Numbered from the stretch's first letter, positions 27,481-36,968 are shown. The stretch: DNA of 44,352 nt from an uncultured Eubacteriales bacterium (GCA_902803725.1 CADCRD010000006.1:1-44352), one strand, 5' to 3'. The notes: generated by a model not told the origin, from the letters alone. A program made the numbers and translations.

Positions 27481-28848
27481 TCACTTCAGAAAATCCAGTT
27501 TGCCTGTGTTGCGCAGGATCTTTTCAAGGTTAACAAGATCAGACAGCAGACAAACGATGAGTACACGGTCATCATATTGTATGACAGTATCGCCGTTTGG
27601 AATGATCAGTTCCTGTCCCCTGTGGATCGCTGCGATCAGAACACCGGCAGGCAGGTCGATCTTCTTTAGAGGTCTGTCAACGATCTTCATGCGGTGATCA
27701 ACGATGACTTCCAGGATCTCGGCCTGACCCTGTATCAGCTGTGATGAGACGATGCGCTTTTTACCCTGTATAACGCGCAGTATCTGGCTGACAGCAATGT
27801 CCTGAGGATTGAGTGCCATATCCACACCTAGCTGAGAGATCATATCGGCATAAATGCCGCGGCTGACTTTGGCGATAACGTCATCTATGCCTTTGTTCTT
27901 GGCCATCAGCGCCAGCAGCAGATTATCTTCATCAAATCCTGTTACTGTGACCAGCGCATCCATATCATCCAGGTTCTCCTCTTCAAGCAGAGAAATGTCA
28001 GTACCGTCGCCATGAAGTATGATAACATCATCCAGATGCTCAGCCAGATAATAGCAGCGTTCTCTGCTGCGTTCCACAAGTTTTACTGAAATGTTAAATT
28101 CAGCCAGTTTCTGGGCGAGAAAGAGTCCTGTCTTTCCGCCACCGATGATCATGACCTTCTGAAGGTCAGTATATTTTCCTTTTTCGAAAACGCGTTTTGA
28201 GAGTTCTTTGATATCTGCCCTTGATCCTATAACGTATAAAAGATCGTTCTCCCGGATGACATCATTTCCGTGAGGAATGATTACCTTGCCTTTGCGTGAA
28301 ATAGCAACGACAAGCATTCCACTGAGCACGCTGTTGACATCGGTCATATCAAGTCCGATGAGGTGGGGCATCTTTGATACGCGAAACTCCAGCAGAGATG
28401 AACGGCCTGTTGAAAAAATGCCGTTTGTAAGCGAATATTTTTCGACAAGATATTTGTATATTTCATTCGTGATGAGAAGGTCCGGATTTATGATCAGATC
28501 GATGTTCATCGTTTCTCTGATAAAGTCGATCTGACGCATGTGCTCAGGGTCTCTGACCCTGGCGATAACATGGCTGCATCCCAGATTTTTTGCGAAGGAA
28601 GCAATCACGATGTTTTTTTCATCGTCATTCGTGCAGGCTATAAGAAAATCATACGATCCAATATGCAGCTCCTGCAGTGTCGTTGCCTGCTTTGCATTGG
28701 CTGTCACAGTCATGACATCCAGCTGCGAAGAAAGCTTTTGCAGCTTTTCTTCGTTTTTATCGATTATTGTTACATCATGGTCGCCGCCGATGAGTGCGTC
28801 AGCGATCTTATGGCCGAGTTTTCCGGCTCCGGCGATTGCAACTTTCAT
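27481..28848 (-). CDS. trkA: TrkA K+ uptake regulatory subunit (tandem RCK/KTN domains)
   Basis: 455 aa. Two Rossmann motifs, IAGAGKLG and IIGGGKTG, each followed by an RCK_C-like segment. Confidence 0.92.
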   Translation of the reverse strand: MKVAIAGAGKLGHKIADALIGGDHDVTIIDKNEEKLQKLSSQLDVMTVTANAKQATTLQELHIGSYDFLIACTNDDEKNIVIASFAKNLGCSHVIARVRDPEHMRQIDFIRETMNIDLIINPDLLITNEIYKYLVEKYSLTNGIFSTGRSSLLEFRVSKMPHLIGLDMTDVNSVLSGMLVVAISRKGKVIIPHGNDVIRENDLLYVIGSRADIKELSKRVFEKGKYTDLQKVMIIGGGKTGLFLAQKLAEFNISVKLVERSRERCYYLAEHLDDVIILHGDGTDISLLEEENLDDMDALVTVTGFDEDNLLLALMAKNKGIDDVIAKVSRGIYADMISQLGVDMALNPQDIAVSQILRVIQGKKRIVSSQLIQGQAEILEVIVDHRMKIVDRPLKKIDLPAGVLIAAIHRGQELIIPNGDTVIQYDDRVLIVCLLSDLVNLEKILRNTGKLDFLK

Positions 28849-28887
28849 AATAAATAATCCCTTTCATCAGAAGATTTTCCAAAAGTA

Positions 28888-28915
28888 ATTATAACGCTAA
28901 TAAAATAGAATTCAA
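28888..28915 (-). promoter_or_regulatory. Sigma-70-type promoter for trkA-trkH-trkH (TTGAAT-16nt-TATAAT on the minus strand)
   Basis: Minus-strand TTGAAT at 28915-28910 and TATAAT at 28893-28888. This leaves only a leader of about 30 nt before the trkA start. Confidence 0.45.
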
Positions 28916-29061
28916 CCTTTATTTTCAATGGTGAAAAAGGCTCTTAAAGATCGGGTTTTCATGGGTTTTTATGCATGAAAATCAAGTTTTATTATGAGAT
29001 AAGATAATATATAATAGACGGAGCAAATATCATAACGGTATGATAATGAAAGGACATTAAA

Positions 29062-29445
29062 ATGGAAACAGGAACAAAGGGATTCAGAGAAATAACAGTC
29101 ACAGAAGATATGGCAGCCAGTAAATCAGGTATGGGACTGCCGCCGGTACTTTCGACACCGGCGCTCATAGGTTTTATGGAGACTACCTGCTATGAGTCGA
29201 TAATGTCTGAACTGGAAGAAGGACAGGCGACCGTCGGCGCTAAGGTCGATGTCACACATATGGCCGCCACACCGATCGGTATGAAGGTGAGAATTGAGAC
29301 GGAGCTTTTGGAAGTAAAAGGCAGTAAGCTGGTCTTCAAAGTCGAAGCCTTTGATGAGGTCGAGAAGGCAGGCCAGGGCACGCATGTACGTTTCATAATA
29401 GATAAGCAGGGATTCAATGACAATCTTGAAAAGAAGAAGAAATAA
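29062..29445 (+). CDS. Hotdog-fold thioesterase, FlK-like (COG5496)
   Basis: 127 aa. By recall it aligns to fluoroacetyl-CoA thioesterase FlK: VLSTPALIGFMETTC (Thr/Glu), VDVTHMAATPIG (His), GQGTHVRFII. Confidence 0.8.
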   Translation: METGTKGFREITVTEDMAASKSGMGLPPVLSTPALIGFMETTCYESIMSELEEGQATVGAKVDVTHMAATPIGMKVRIETELLEVKGSKLVFKVEAFDEVEKAGQGTHVRFIIDKQGFNDNLEKKKK

Positions 29446-29540
29446 GCGATAAGAAACGAAAAAGAAAAGTGCAAAGCAATAGAAAGATATTATGTTTGTG
29501 AAAACATGCATCAGGTGTAAAACAGGAGAACTATCAGATA

Positions 29541-30995
29541 ATGTTAATAATAAAAAGAATCATTTCGGGGGAGATACAGGAAAACGGATACATCATTTAC
29601 CACAATGAGGGCGGTGAATGCTATGTGATAGATCCCGGTGACGGAGCCGGGGAGTTTCTCGGTTATATTGATGAGCATAAGCTGAGTGTCAAGGCTGTTC
29701 TGCTGACACATCATCATCCGGATCACACAGGAGCAGTCAGCGGAATAGTCAGTGCGAAAGGATGTCCTGTCTTCATTCATGAAGATGATCTTGAAATGTA
29801 CGGCAGGCCGGCAGTCATTCTTCATGACGGGGATAAGCTGGAACTTGAGGGAGAAGGCATCAGGGTCATCAGCACTCCCGGACATACAAAAGGCAGCGTC
29901 TGCTATTACATCGACGAGAGCAATGTCGCTTTCACAGGCGATACCCTGTTCGATACCGAAGTTGGAAGGTCTGATCTTGAGGACTCGGGCAGGATCGATC
30001 TCGCGATCAGCATGGGGGATATTATTGATAAGTGGCCGGACAGCCTTAAGATATATCCGGGACATACGAATCCGACTGACATGAAGACAGTCAGAACTGA
30101 GAATATTGATTTCATCCAGGCTATGAAGAGGTATGATGTCTATAACAGCAAGTTTGAATATGATACACCGATAAAACTGATAGCTCTCGATCTTGACGGG
30201 ACAACGATGAATACAGAAAACCAGCTGCCGGCAGAGAATAAAAAGATCCTTGAATCAGCGATCGCTGAAGGAGTGAACGTAGTCGTGGCCAGCGGCAGAT
30301 GCTATAACTCGCTGCCAAAAGAGGTCACGGGGATCAGGGGTGTGCAGTATGCGATCTCTTCAAACGGAGCTCAGGTGAGAGATCTCAGGACAGGTGAGGT
30401 GCTGCATTCAGACTGTGCAGATCCCAGGGCTGTCCGTATGCTCCATGATATCGTGAAGGAAAACGGTTATGATATCGAAGTGTTCGTTGACGGTATGGCT
30501 TATATGGAAAAAGAAAGATGGGAGGATGTCAGAGACGGCAGGATCACATACAGAAGGCGCGATTACATCCTGAATACCAGGCAGCCTGTTGAGGACATTC
30601 TGGGGTTCATGATGCAGCATGATGATAAGATCGAAAACGTGAATATTTATTTTGAAGATCTGTCTGTAAAGCCGGCGATCAGGAAAACACTGGAACCGCT
30701 GGAAGAATTTGCAACAGTCACAACATCTTTTGATACTAACTGGGAGATGGGAGGACTGACTACCAGCAAGGCAGAAGGACTCCGTGTGCTCAGTGAGATT
30801 CTGGGTGTCGAAAAAGAAGAAATGATGGCATTCGGAGACAGCCCGAATGACATCCCTATGATCGAGGCTGCCGGGATCGGTGTTGCGGTTGAAAATGCAA
30901 AAGATTCCGTAAAGCAGGCGGCTGATTTTGTGACTACCAGCAACGATGATGCCGGGGTTGCAGTGGCGGTGAGAAAGTTCGCACTGAGGAAATAA
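29541..30995 (+). CDS. Fusion protein: N-terminal MBL-fold (glyoxalase II-like) hydrolase plus C-terminal Cof-type HAD-IIB phosphatase
   Basis: 484 aa. MBL motifs THHHPDHTG, TPGHTKGS, FTGDTLF and YPGHTN within about 29541-30120. HAD motifs ALDLDGT (motif I), ASGR and GDSPNDIPM (motif IV) within about 30169-30995. Confidence 0.85.
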   Translation: MLIIKRIISGEIQENGYIIYHNEGGECYVIDPGDGAGEFLGYIDEHKLSVKAVLLTHHHPDHTGAVSGIVSAKGCPVFIHEDDLEMYGRPAVILHDGDKLELEGEGIRVISTPGHTKGSVCYYIDESNVAFTGDTLFDTEVGRSDLEDSGRIDLAISMGDIIDKWPDSLKIYPGHTNPTDMKTVRTENIDFIQAMKRYDVYNSKFEYDTPIKLIALDLDGTTMNTENQLPAENKKILESAIAEGVNVVVASGRCYNSLPKEVTGIRGVQYAISSNGAQVRDLRTGEVLHSDCADPRAVRMLHDIVKENGYDIEVFVDGMAYMEKERWEDVRDGRITYRRRDYILNTRQPVEDILGFMMQHDDKIENVNIYFEDLSVKPAIRKTLEPLEEFATVTTSFDTNWEMGGLTTSKAEGLRVLSEILGVEKEEMMAFGDSPNDIPMIEAAGIGVAVENAKDSVKQAADFVTTSNDDAGVAVAVRKFALRK

Positions 30996-31037
30996 CGGAA
31001 GAAATATTGTAACACTGAATAACGCAGAAAAACATGC

Positions 31038-31082
31038 GGCTGCTGCTCAGATGCCTGAAAAGACAGGGCAGCAGCCTTTTTT
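31038..31082 (+). terminator. Rho-independent terminator after the MBL::HAD gene
   Basis: GGCTGCTGC (31038-31046) pairs with GCAGCAGCC (31068-31076). 21-nt loop, then TTTTTT. Confidence 0.75.
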
Positions 31083-31149
31083 AGTATCGGAAAATCCGGC
31101 GTGCAGCAGGAGTGATGTTTTTGTTTGCATAAAAAAATATAAAAATCTG

Positions 31150-31178
31150 TTGACAAAGCGGGAATATGTGATTATGAT
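31150..31178 (+). promoter_or_regulatory. Sigma-70-type promoter of the fab/acc operon (TTGACA-17nt-TATGAT)
   Basis: TTGACA at 31150-31155 and TATGAT at 31173-31178. Followed by an AT-rich leader of about 115 nt with nested inverted repeats. Confidence 0.6.
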
Positions 31179-31296
31179 ATCTAAAGAATTTTAGTTAAAA
31201 TATTTTATATAAAAAATATGAATAAAATTCGTCCGTAGAATTATAATGAATTTGAACGCCGCAAAGGCGTGACTGAAAACAAAAAAGGAGAACAAA

Positions 31297-31527
31297 ATGT
31301 CATTTGAACAGGTAAAAGAAGTAATGGTCGAAACACTGAATTGCGAAGAAGAAGATATCAAGCCGGAGGCTCTTTTGGAGGATGATCTCGGAATAGATTC
31401 ACTGGATGCAGTCGAACTGGCACTGGCTCTTGAAGAATTGTTCGGAGTTAAGATCCCGGATGAAGAACTGAGCGAAATGAAAACAGTAAAAGATATCGTG
31501 GACTGCATGGACAGAAATCGTGCATAA
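31297..31527 (+). CDS. acpP: Acyl carrier protein
   Basis: 76 aa and acidic. Phosphopantetheine attachment motif LGIDSLDAVEL. AAAGGAGAA SD. Confidence 0.92.
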   Translation: MSFEQVKEVMVETLNCEEEDIKPEALLEDDLGIDSLDAVELALALEELFGVKIPDEELSEMKTVKDIVDCMDRNRA

Positions 31528-31544
31528 CAGACAAGGGTATCATT

Positions 31545-32033
31545 ATGAAAATTGATCGCAGAGATCTTGAGGAACTGATGCAGCGATTCAGTTCCTCAGG
31601 TTTTAAAAGTATGGAATATGAAGAAGCTGAGTTCAGACTGAAATTTGAATCAGCCGGCACTGCAAAGGATTTTGCGGCACAGCACGCTCAAAATGATGAG
31701 AGCATTGATGAAGGGTCAGCAAAGAGAAATTCTCAGGAGAGTGAAAGCTTACAAAATGATAACAACCTGAAAGAATCAGAATCTGACATGCAGCTGACCG
31801 CTGTCACATCACCGATAGTGGGCGTGTTTTATGATGCTCATGCTCCCGGAGAAGAACCATATGTCAGCGAAGGTCAGAGAGTCAGTGCTGGTGAGATTCT
31901 CTGCATGATAGAAGCAATGAAACTCATGAATGAGATCAAAGCTGAATATGACTGTATCATCAGGAAAATCAATGTCAGCTCAGGTGATATGGTGGAATTT
32001 GGAACAGTTCTGTTCGAGGTGGAAAAATGCTGA
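31545..32033 (+). CDS. accB: Biotin carboxyl carrier protein of acetyl-CoA carboxylase
   Basis: 162 aa. Biotinyl-Lys motif IEAMKLMNEI. Low-complexity linker. Confidence 0.9.
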   Translation: MKIDRRDLEELMQRFSSSGFKSMEYEEAEFRLKFESAGTAKDFAAQHAQNDESIDEGSAKRNSQESESLQNDNNLKESESDMQLTAVTSPIVGVFYDAHAPGEEPYVSEGQRVSAGEILCMIEAMKLMNEIKAEYDCIIRKINVSSGDMVEFGTVLFEVEKC

Positions 32034-33415
32034 AAAGGATCCTGATCGCAAACAGGGGAGAGATCGCTGTGAGGATAATCAGGGCGTGCAGAGAACTGTC
32101 CGTTGAAACGATCGCAGTGTACACTGAGAGTGATAGAGAAGAGCTGCATACGATGCTGGCAGACAGAGCAGTATGCATAGGGAGAGACCGCCCGGAATCC
32201 GGATATCTGAATATGGAGAATATCATTGAGGCGGCAAAACTCACCGGCTGTGACGCCATTCACCCCGGATTTGGTTTTCTGTCTGAAAATCCCCGTTTTG
32301 CTGAAATGTGCGAAGAAAACGACATTGTTTTCATCGGACCGAATTCTTCGGTGATCAGCCTGCTCGGCGACAAGATCAGAGCGAGACAGATAGTCAGTCA
32401 GGCAGGAGTCAGTATTGTTCCCGGATCAGACGGTCCGCTGCCCGGTATCGAAGAGGCAAAGCAGTGTGCCCGGAAGATCGGATATCCCGTAATGATCAAA
32501 GCATCGGCGGGAGGCGGCGGCCGCGGCATGCGCAGAGCTGAGAGTGAAGAGGAACTCGAAAATGCGATGATGGAAGCAAAAACCGAAGCTGAAGTAAGCT
32601 TTGGCGACGGGACTATATACATGGAAAAGCTGATAACAGATCCAAAGCATATAGAGTTTCAGATCCTGGCTGACAGTTTCGGAAATATCATCCATCTCGG
32701 TGACCGTAACTGCTGTGTGCAGAGAAGAAATCAGAAAATGCTGGAAGAGGCTCCTGACTTCAGACTGAGCGATGAAATGAGGACAAAAATGGGCCGTGAT
32801 GCAGTTCTTGCCGCAAAGACAGCAGGTTATGAGAATGCCGGAACTGTTGAATTCATAGTGGATGGCAGTGATTATTATTTCATAGAGATGAACACCAGAC
32901 TGCAGGTCGAACATCCTGTTACCGAGATGATCACAGGGACGGATATAGTCAAGCAGCAGATAAGAATAGCATCCGGCCTCAGACTGAATATGGCTCAGCA
33001 GGATATCGTGATCCGCGGCCACTCGATCGAGTGCAGGGTCTGTGCTGAAGATATCTATAACGATTATGCGCCTGATCCTTCTGAGATCAATTTCCTGCAT
33101 CTGCCGTCGGGTCTTGGTGTAAGGGTAGAAAGTGCCCTTTACAGCGGCATGAGGATCAGTCCGTTTTATGATTCTATGATCCTTAAGGTGATCACATATG
33201 GTGATACGAGACTTGAGGCTGTGCGCAGGATGCGAAGAGCTCTGGGAGAGACGATCATACGCGGCTGTAAAACAAACCTTCCTGTATTGCAGCTGATTTT
33301 GTATAACAGAGAATTTTTAAGAGGAGACTACAATACAGGTTTTATGGAAAAACACGGCGATCACCTGCTGGAACTGTATGACGCTGCAGGAGGGAGGCTG
33401 AATGAATCCGTTTAA
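32027..33415 (+). CDS. accC: Biotin carboxylase
   Basis: 462 aa. MLKRILIANRGEIAVRIIRA, Gly-rich loop GGGGRGMR, EMNTRLQVEH. Start overlaps the accB stop (ATGCTGA). Confidence 0.96.
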   Translation: MLKRILIANRGEIAVRIIRACRELSVETIAVYTESDREELHTMLADRAVCIGRDRPESGYLNMENIIEAAKLTGCDAIHPGFGFLSENPRFAEMCEENDIVFIGPNSSVISLLGDKIRARQIVSQAGVSIVPGSDGPLPGIEEAKQCARKIGYPVMIKASAGGGGRGMRRAESEEELENAMMEAKTEAEVSFGDGTIYMEKLITDPKHIEFQILADSFGNIIHLGDRNCCVQRRNQKMLEEAPDFRLSDEMRTKMGRDAVLAAKTAGYENAGTVEFIVDGSDYYFIEMNTRLQVEHPVTEMITGTDIVKQQIRIASGLRLNMAQQDIVIRGHSIECRVCAEDIYNDYAPDPSEINFLHLPSGLGVRVESALYSGMRISPFYDSMILKVITYGDTRLEAVRRMRRALGETIIRGCKTNLPVLQLILYNREFLRGDYNTGFMEKHGDHLLELYDAAGGRLNESV

Positions 33416-34268
33416 AGAGAGAAAAAAAATACTCGACGAAATCGGGCGCATATCGCGTCTGGCCTTTCCTTCAGCAGGACAATCAGAGAACAATTCGATC
33501 GTTACGTGTGAAAAATGCGGACATAAAGATCCTGCAGAGGAAATAAAAAACAATCTTTATATCTGTCCGGAATGCGGGGCTTATATGAAAGTACCTGCTT
33601 ATGACAGGATCAGTATGCTTTGCGATGAAGGCAGCTTCAGAGAGTTCAACAAGGGACGCACAGGTTACGATCCTCTGGATTTTCCGGGCTATGAGAATAA
33701 ACTTAAACAGGCCCGCAGCAAATCCGGACTGAAAGAAGCTGTTGTGACAGGAACTGCAAGGATAAGCGGACACAGGACAGTACTGTGTGTGATGGATCCG
33801 GCATTCATGATGGCCAGCATGGGGACTGCCGTAGGTGAGAAGATCTTTCTGGCGTTTGAATATGCTGTCAAAAAAAAGCTGCCGGTCATAATATTTGCTG
33901 CTTCGGGCGGAGCCAGGATGCAGGAAGGCATAATGTCTCTGATGCAGATGGCAAAGACCAGTGCTGCTGTGGCGAAGCATGATGAAGCGGGGCTTCTGTA
34001 CATCTGTGTTCTGACCAATCCGACGACAGGAGGCGTAACAGCCAGCTTTGCAAGTCTTGCCGATGTGACGATCGCAGAGAAAGGCGCCCTGGTGGGATTT
34101 GCCGGAAAACGAGTGATCGAGCAGACTATTGGAGAGGAACTGCCGGAAGGATTTCAAAGCGCAGAATTCCAGATGGAAAAGGGTTTTTGCGACATGGTCA
34201 TCGGCAGAAAAAATCTGAGAAGGACCATAGGAAAGCTGCTTGCTGTTCATGAAAGGGGAGTGCGCTGA
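33402..34268 (+). CDS. accD: Acetyl-CoA carboxylase carboxyltransferase beta subunit
   Basis: 288 aa. N-terminal C4 zinc ribbon CEKCGH...CPECG. GGARMQEG. 14-nt overlap with accC. Confidence 0.93.
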   Translation: MNPFKERKKILDEIGRISRLAFPSAGQSENNSIVTCEKCGHKDPAEEIKNNLYICPECGAYMKVPAYDRISMLCDEGSFREFNKGRTGYDPLDFPGYENKLKQARSKSGLKEAVVTGTARISGHRTVLCVMDPAFMMASMGTAVGEKIFLAFEYAVKKKLPVIIFAASGGARMQEGIMSLMQMAKTSAAVAKHDEAGLLYICVLTNPTTGGVTASFASLADVTIAEKGALVGFAGKRVIEQTIGEELPEGFQSAEFQMEKGFCDMVIGRKNLRRTIGKLLAVHERGVR

Positions 34269-35092
34269 TGGAACAAAACAAGGCAGGCCGCCTGAGCCCT
34301 GTTGAAAGGGTAAAACTGGCTCGCAGCAGCCTGAGGCCCGGAACAGAAGATTATATAAAGAACATCATTGAAGATTATATTCCGATGGCCGGCGACAGAT
34401 GCTACGGAGATGATCTGAGCGTGACAGGCGGAATAGGTTTTTTTCACGGAATTCCCGTTACAGTTATAGGGCATGTCAAAGGGCATGATCTTGATGGAAA
34501 CATGAAACACCGTTTCGGTATGCCTGATCCTGAAGGTTACAGAAAGGCAAGCCGGCTGATGCTCCAGGCGGCAAAATTCGGACGGCCGGTGATCACTTTT
34601 GTCGATACACCCGGAGCTTATCCGGGAAAAGAGGCCGAAGAACGCGGACAAGGTCAGGCAATAGCTGAGTGCATAAAAACAATGAGCAGGCTTTCCGTTC
34701 CGACGATATCCGTGTTCACGGGTGAAGGAGGCAGCGGCGGAGCTCTCGCGTTTGCAGTGAGCGACAGATTGATAATGATGGAAAACAGTATCTTTTCCAT
34801 ACTTTCCCCTGAAGGATTTGCAAGCATTTTATGGCACGATTCGGACAGATGGCAGGAAGCATGCGAAAAAATGAAACTGACCGCTGCCGATCTTAATGAA
34901 ATGGGTATATGTGATGAAATCGTACCCGAACCGTCGTTTGAGATGGAAGGATCATATGCTGTTATGTTCAGAAGGATCGATGAAGCGATAATAAGAAATC
35001 TGAAACCGCTGTTAAAAACAGACGGAGAGGAACTGATAAAAAGAAGATATCTGAAATTAAGAAAAACAGGGAGCAAATATGGCAGGAATTAG
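34268..35092 (+). CDS. accA: Acetyl-CoA carboxylase carboxyltransferase alpha subunit
   Basis: 274 aa. DTPGAYPG and GEGGSGGALA. TGATG overlap with accD. Confidence 0.93.
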   Translation: MEQNKAGRLSPVERVKLARSSLRPGTEDYIKNIIEDYIPMAGDRCYGDDLSVTGGIGFFHGIPVTVIGHVKGHDLDGNMKHRFGMPDPEGYRKASRLMLQAAKFGRPVITFVDTPGAYPGKEAEERGQGQAIAECIKTMSRLSVPTISVFTGEGGSGGALAFAVSDRLIMMENSIFSILSPEGFASILWHDSDRWQEACEKMKLTAADLNEMGICDEIVPEPSFEMEGSYAVMFRRIDEAIIRNLKPLLKTDGEELIKRRYLKLRKTGSKYGRN

Positions 35093-36008
35093 AATTTTGG
35101 GATGCGGTTATTCTTACGGTGACCGTATCGTGACTAATGACGATATGGCGAAGATCGTCGATACCAGCGATGCCTGGATCAGAAGAAAGACAGGTATCAG
35201 GCAGAGATACATCGCAGAGAATAAAAGCAATTTGGATATGGCACAGGAAGCATCTTTATCAGCAATGAAGTGTGCAGGTGTTACGGCAGAGGAAATAGAT
35301 CTGATAGTGGTATGTACTTTCACACAAGATGACCCGACACCTTCGATGGCTTGCAAACTTGCCGGAAAGCTGGGTGCGGGAAATGATATTCTGACTCTGG
35401 ATATCAACAGCGCCTGTTCAGGTTTTATATATGGGTGCATAACAGCAAACGCTCTTCTGGCGGGAGGCAGCTTTAGAAAGGCTCTTATCATAGGCGCGGA
35501 AAAATTGTCTTCACGTGCTGACATGACAGACCGCAGGACATGCGTGCTGTTTGGAGACGGTGCAGGAGCGATAGTCTGCGAGTATTCAGAAGATGGCTTT
35601 TTTGAATCGAACTTCGGCTGCATGCCTAATGATACGATTCTGGGATGCGGAGGAGATAAAGGCGCGATATATATGAACGGGCCTGAAGTATACAGGTTCG
35701 CTGTCAGCAAAATACCGCAGTCTATCAATGAACTGGTGGAGAAAACGAAAGTCGGTCCTGATGAAATAGATTATGTCATTTGTCATCAGGCGAATATGCG
35801 CATAATAGACAGCGTAGCGGAGAAAGTTGTTTTTCCGGCTGAAAAATTCTACAAAAATATTCAGAACACAGGAAATACATCAGCAGCAAGTATTGCTATC
35901 TGTCTTGGTGAGATGTGTGAAAAAGGGCTTTTGACCCCCGGCAGGAAAATTCTGTGCAGTGGCTTCGGAGGAGGACTGACCTGGGGATCCATGATCATAA
36001 AAGTATGA
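35079..36008 (+). CDS. fabH: 3-oxoacyl-ACP synthase III
   Basis: 309 aa. Cys-His-Asn triad contexts NSACSGF, CHQANMRI and NTGNTSAAS. 14-nt overlap with accA. Confidence 0.93.
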   Translation: MAGIRILGCGYSYGDRIVTNDDMAKIVDTSDAWIRRKTGIRQRYIAENKSNLDMAQEASLSAMKCAGVTAEEIDLIVVCTFTQDDPTPSMACKLAGKLGAGNDILTLDINSACSGFIYGCITANALLAGGSFRKALIIGAEKLSSRADMTDRRTCVLFGDGAGAIVCEYSEDGFFESNFGCMPNDTILGCGGDKGAIYMNGPEVYRFAVSKIPQSINELVEKTKVGPDEIDYVICHQANMRIIDSVAEKVVFPAEKFYKNIQNTGNTSAASIAICLGEMCEKGLLTPGRKILCSGFGGGLTWGSMIIKV

Positions 36009-36032
36009 AAGGAATATTAACAGGAAAATAAA

Positions 36033-36968
36033 ATGGAAAGAATCAAAAACATGTTTGGACTGGATTTCCCCGTATTTCAGGGGGGTATGGCAAACGTGGC
36101 GACAGGAGAATTTGCAGCTGCGGTGTCAAATGCAGGAGCTATGGGGATCATTGGCTCAGGCGGAATGGACGCGGAGCAGCTGCAGAACGAGATCAGAAAC
36201 TGCCGGAAGGCAACCAACAGACCTTTTGGAGTGAATATCATGCTGATGAATCCTCATGCTGATGATCTGGCTGATCTTTGCTGTGAGGAAGGTGTGAGTC
36301 TTATCACAACAGGAGCAGGTAATCCCGGAAAGTATATTGAAAAATGGCAGCGGGCCGGAATAAAAATATTTCCGGTCGTATCCTCGACAGCGCTGGCGAT
36401 CAGAATGGAAAGACTGGGAGTAGACGGGATCATAGCAGAAGGTTATGAGAGCGGAGGTCATGTCGGAGAGCTGACAACAATGGTACTGGTTCCGCAGGTC
36501 GCGGATGCTGTCAGCATTCCCGTAGTCGCAGCCGGAGGCATAGCCGGAGGAAAACAGATACTGGCTGCACGCATTTTAGGCGCTTGCGGAGTTCAGATGG
36601 GAACGGTCTTTCTGGCAAGCTCTGAATGTCCTGTGCATGAAGAATACAAAAAGGCTGTTCTGAGAGCAAAATCAAACGATACGGTCGTTACCGGACGCAG
36701 TGTAAATGCGCCAGTCAGGATCATCAAAAATCAGATGGCACGTGAATATCTGAAGAGAGAACGGGCAGGAGCGCAAAAAGATGAACTGGAACAGTTCACA
36801 TTGGGTTCTCTTGGCAGAGCAGTGCGTGAAGGTGACGTCAAATACGGTTCACTGATGGCCGGACAGGTTTCCGGAATGATCCGGGAGATAAAACCGGTCA
36901 GAAAAATACTGGTGCAGTTGTTTGAAGAATATGATCACGAACTGAAAGAACTGTGTGAAAAAGCATAA
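36033..36968 (+). CDS. fabK: Enoyl-ACP reductase II (FMN-dependent, NPD/nitronate monooxygenase fold)
   Basis: 311 aa. FPVFQGGMA and GYESGGHVG. Located within the fab cluster, where fabK sits in other Firmicutes. Confidence 0.88.
   Translation: MERIKNMFGLDFPVFQGGMANVATGEFAAAVSNAGAMGIIGSGGMDAEQLQNEIRNCRKATNRPFGVNIMLMNPHADDLADLCCEEGVSLITTGAGNPGKYIEKWQRAGIKIFPVVSSTALAIRMERLGVDGIIAEGYESGGHVGELTTMVLVPQVADAVSIPVVAAGGIAGGKQILAARILGACGVQMGTVFLASSECPVHEEYKKAVLRAKSNDTVVTGRSVNAPVRIIKNQMAREYLKRERAGAQKDELEQFTLGSLGRAVREGDVKYGSLMAGQVSGMIREIKPVRKILVQLFEEYDHELKELCEKA

Noticed and set aside
28849-29061. Looked for a c-di-AMP (ydaO/kimA-type) riboswitch upstream of the trkA-trkH-trkH operon, since K+ uptake genes in Firmicutes often carry one.
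   Set aside because: The region is very AT-rich. It lacks the GC-rich conserved cores I associate with that riboswitch. The best promoter (TTGAAT-16-TATAAT, 28915-28888 on the minus strand) leaves only a leader of about 30 nt.
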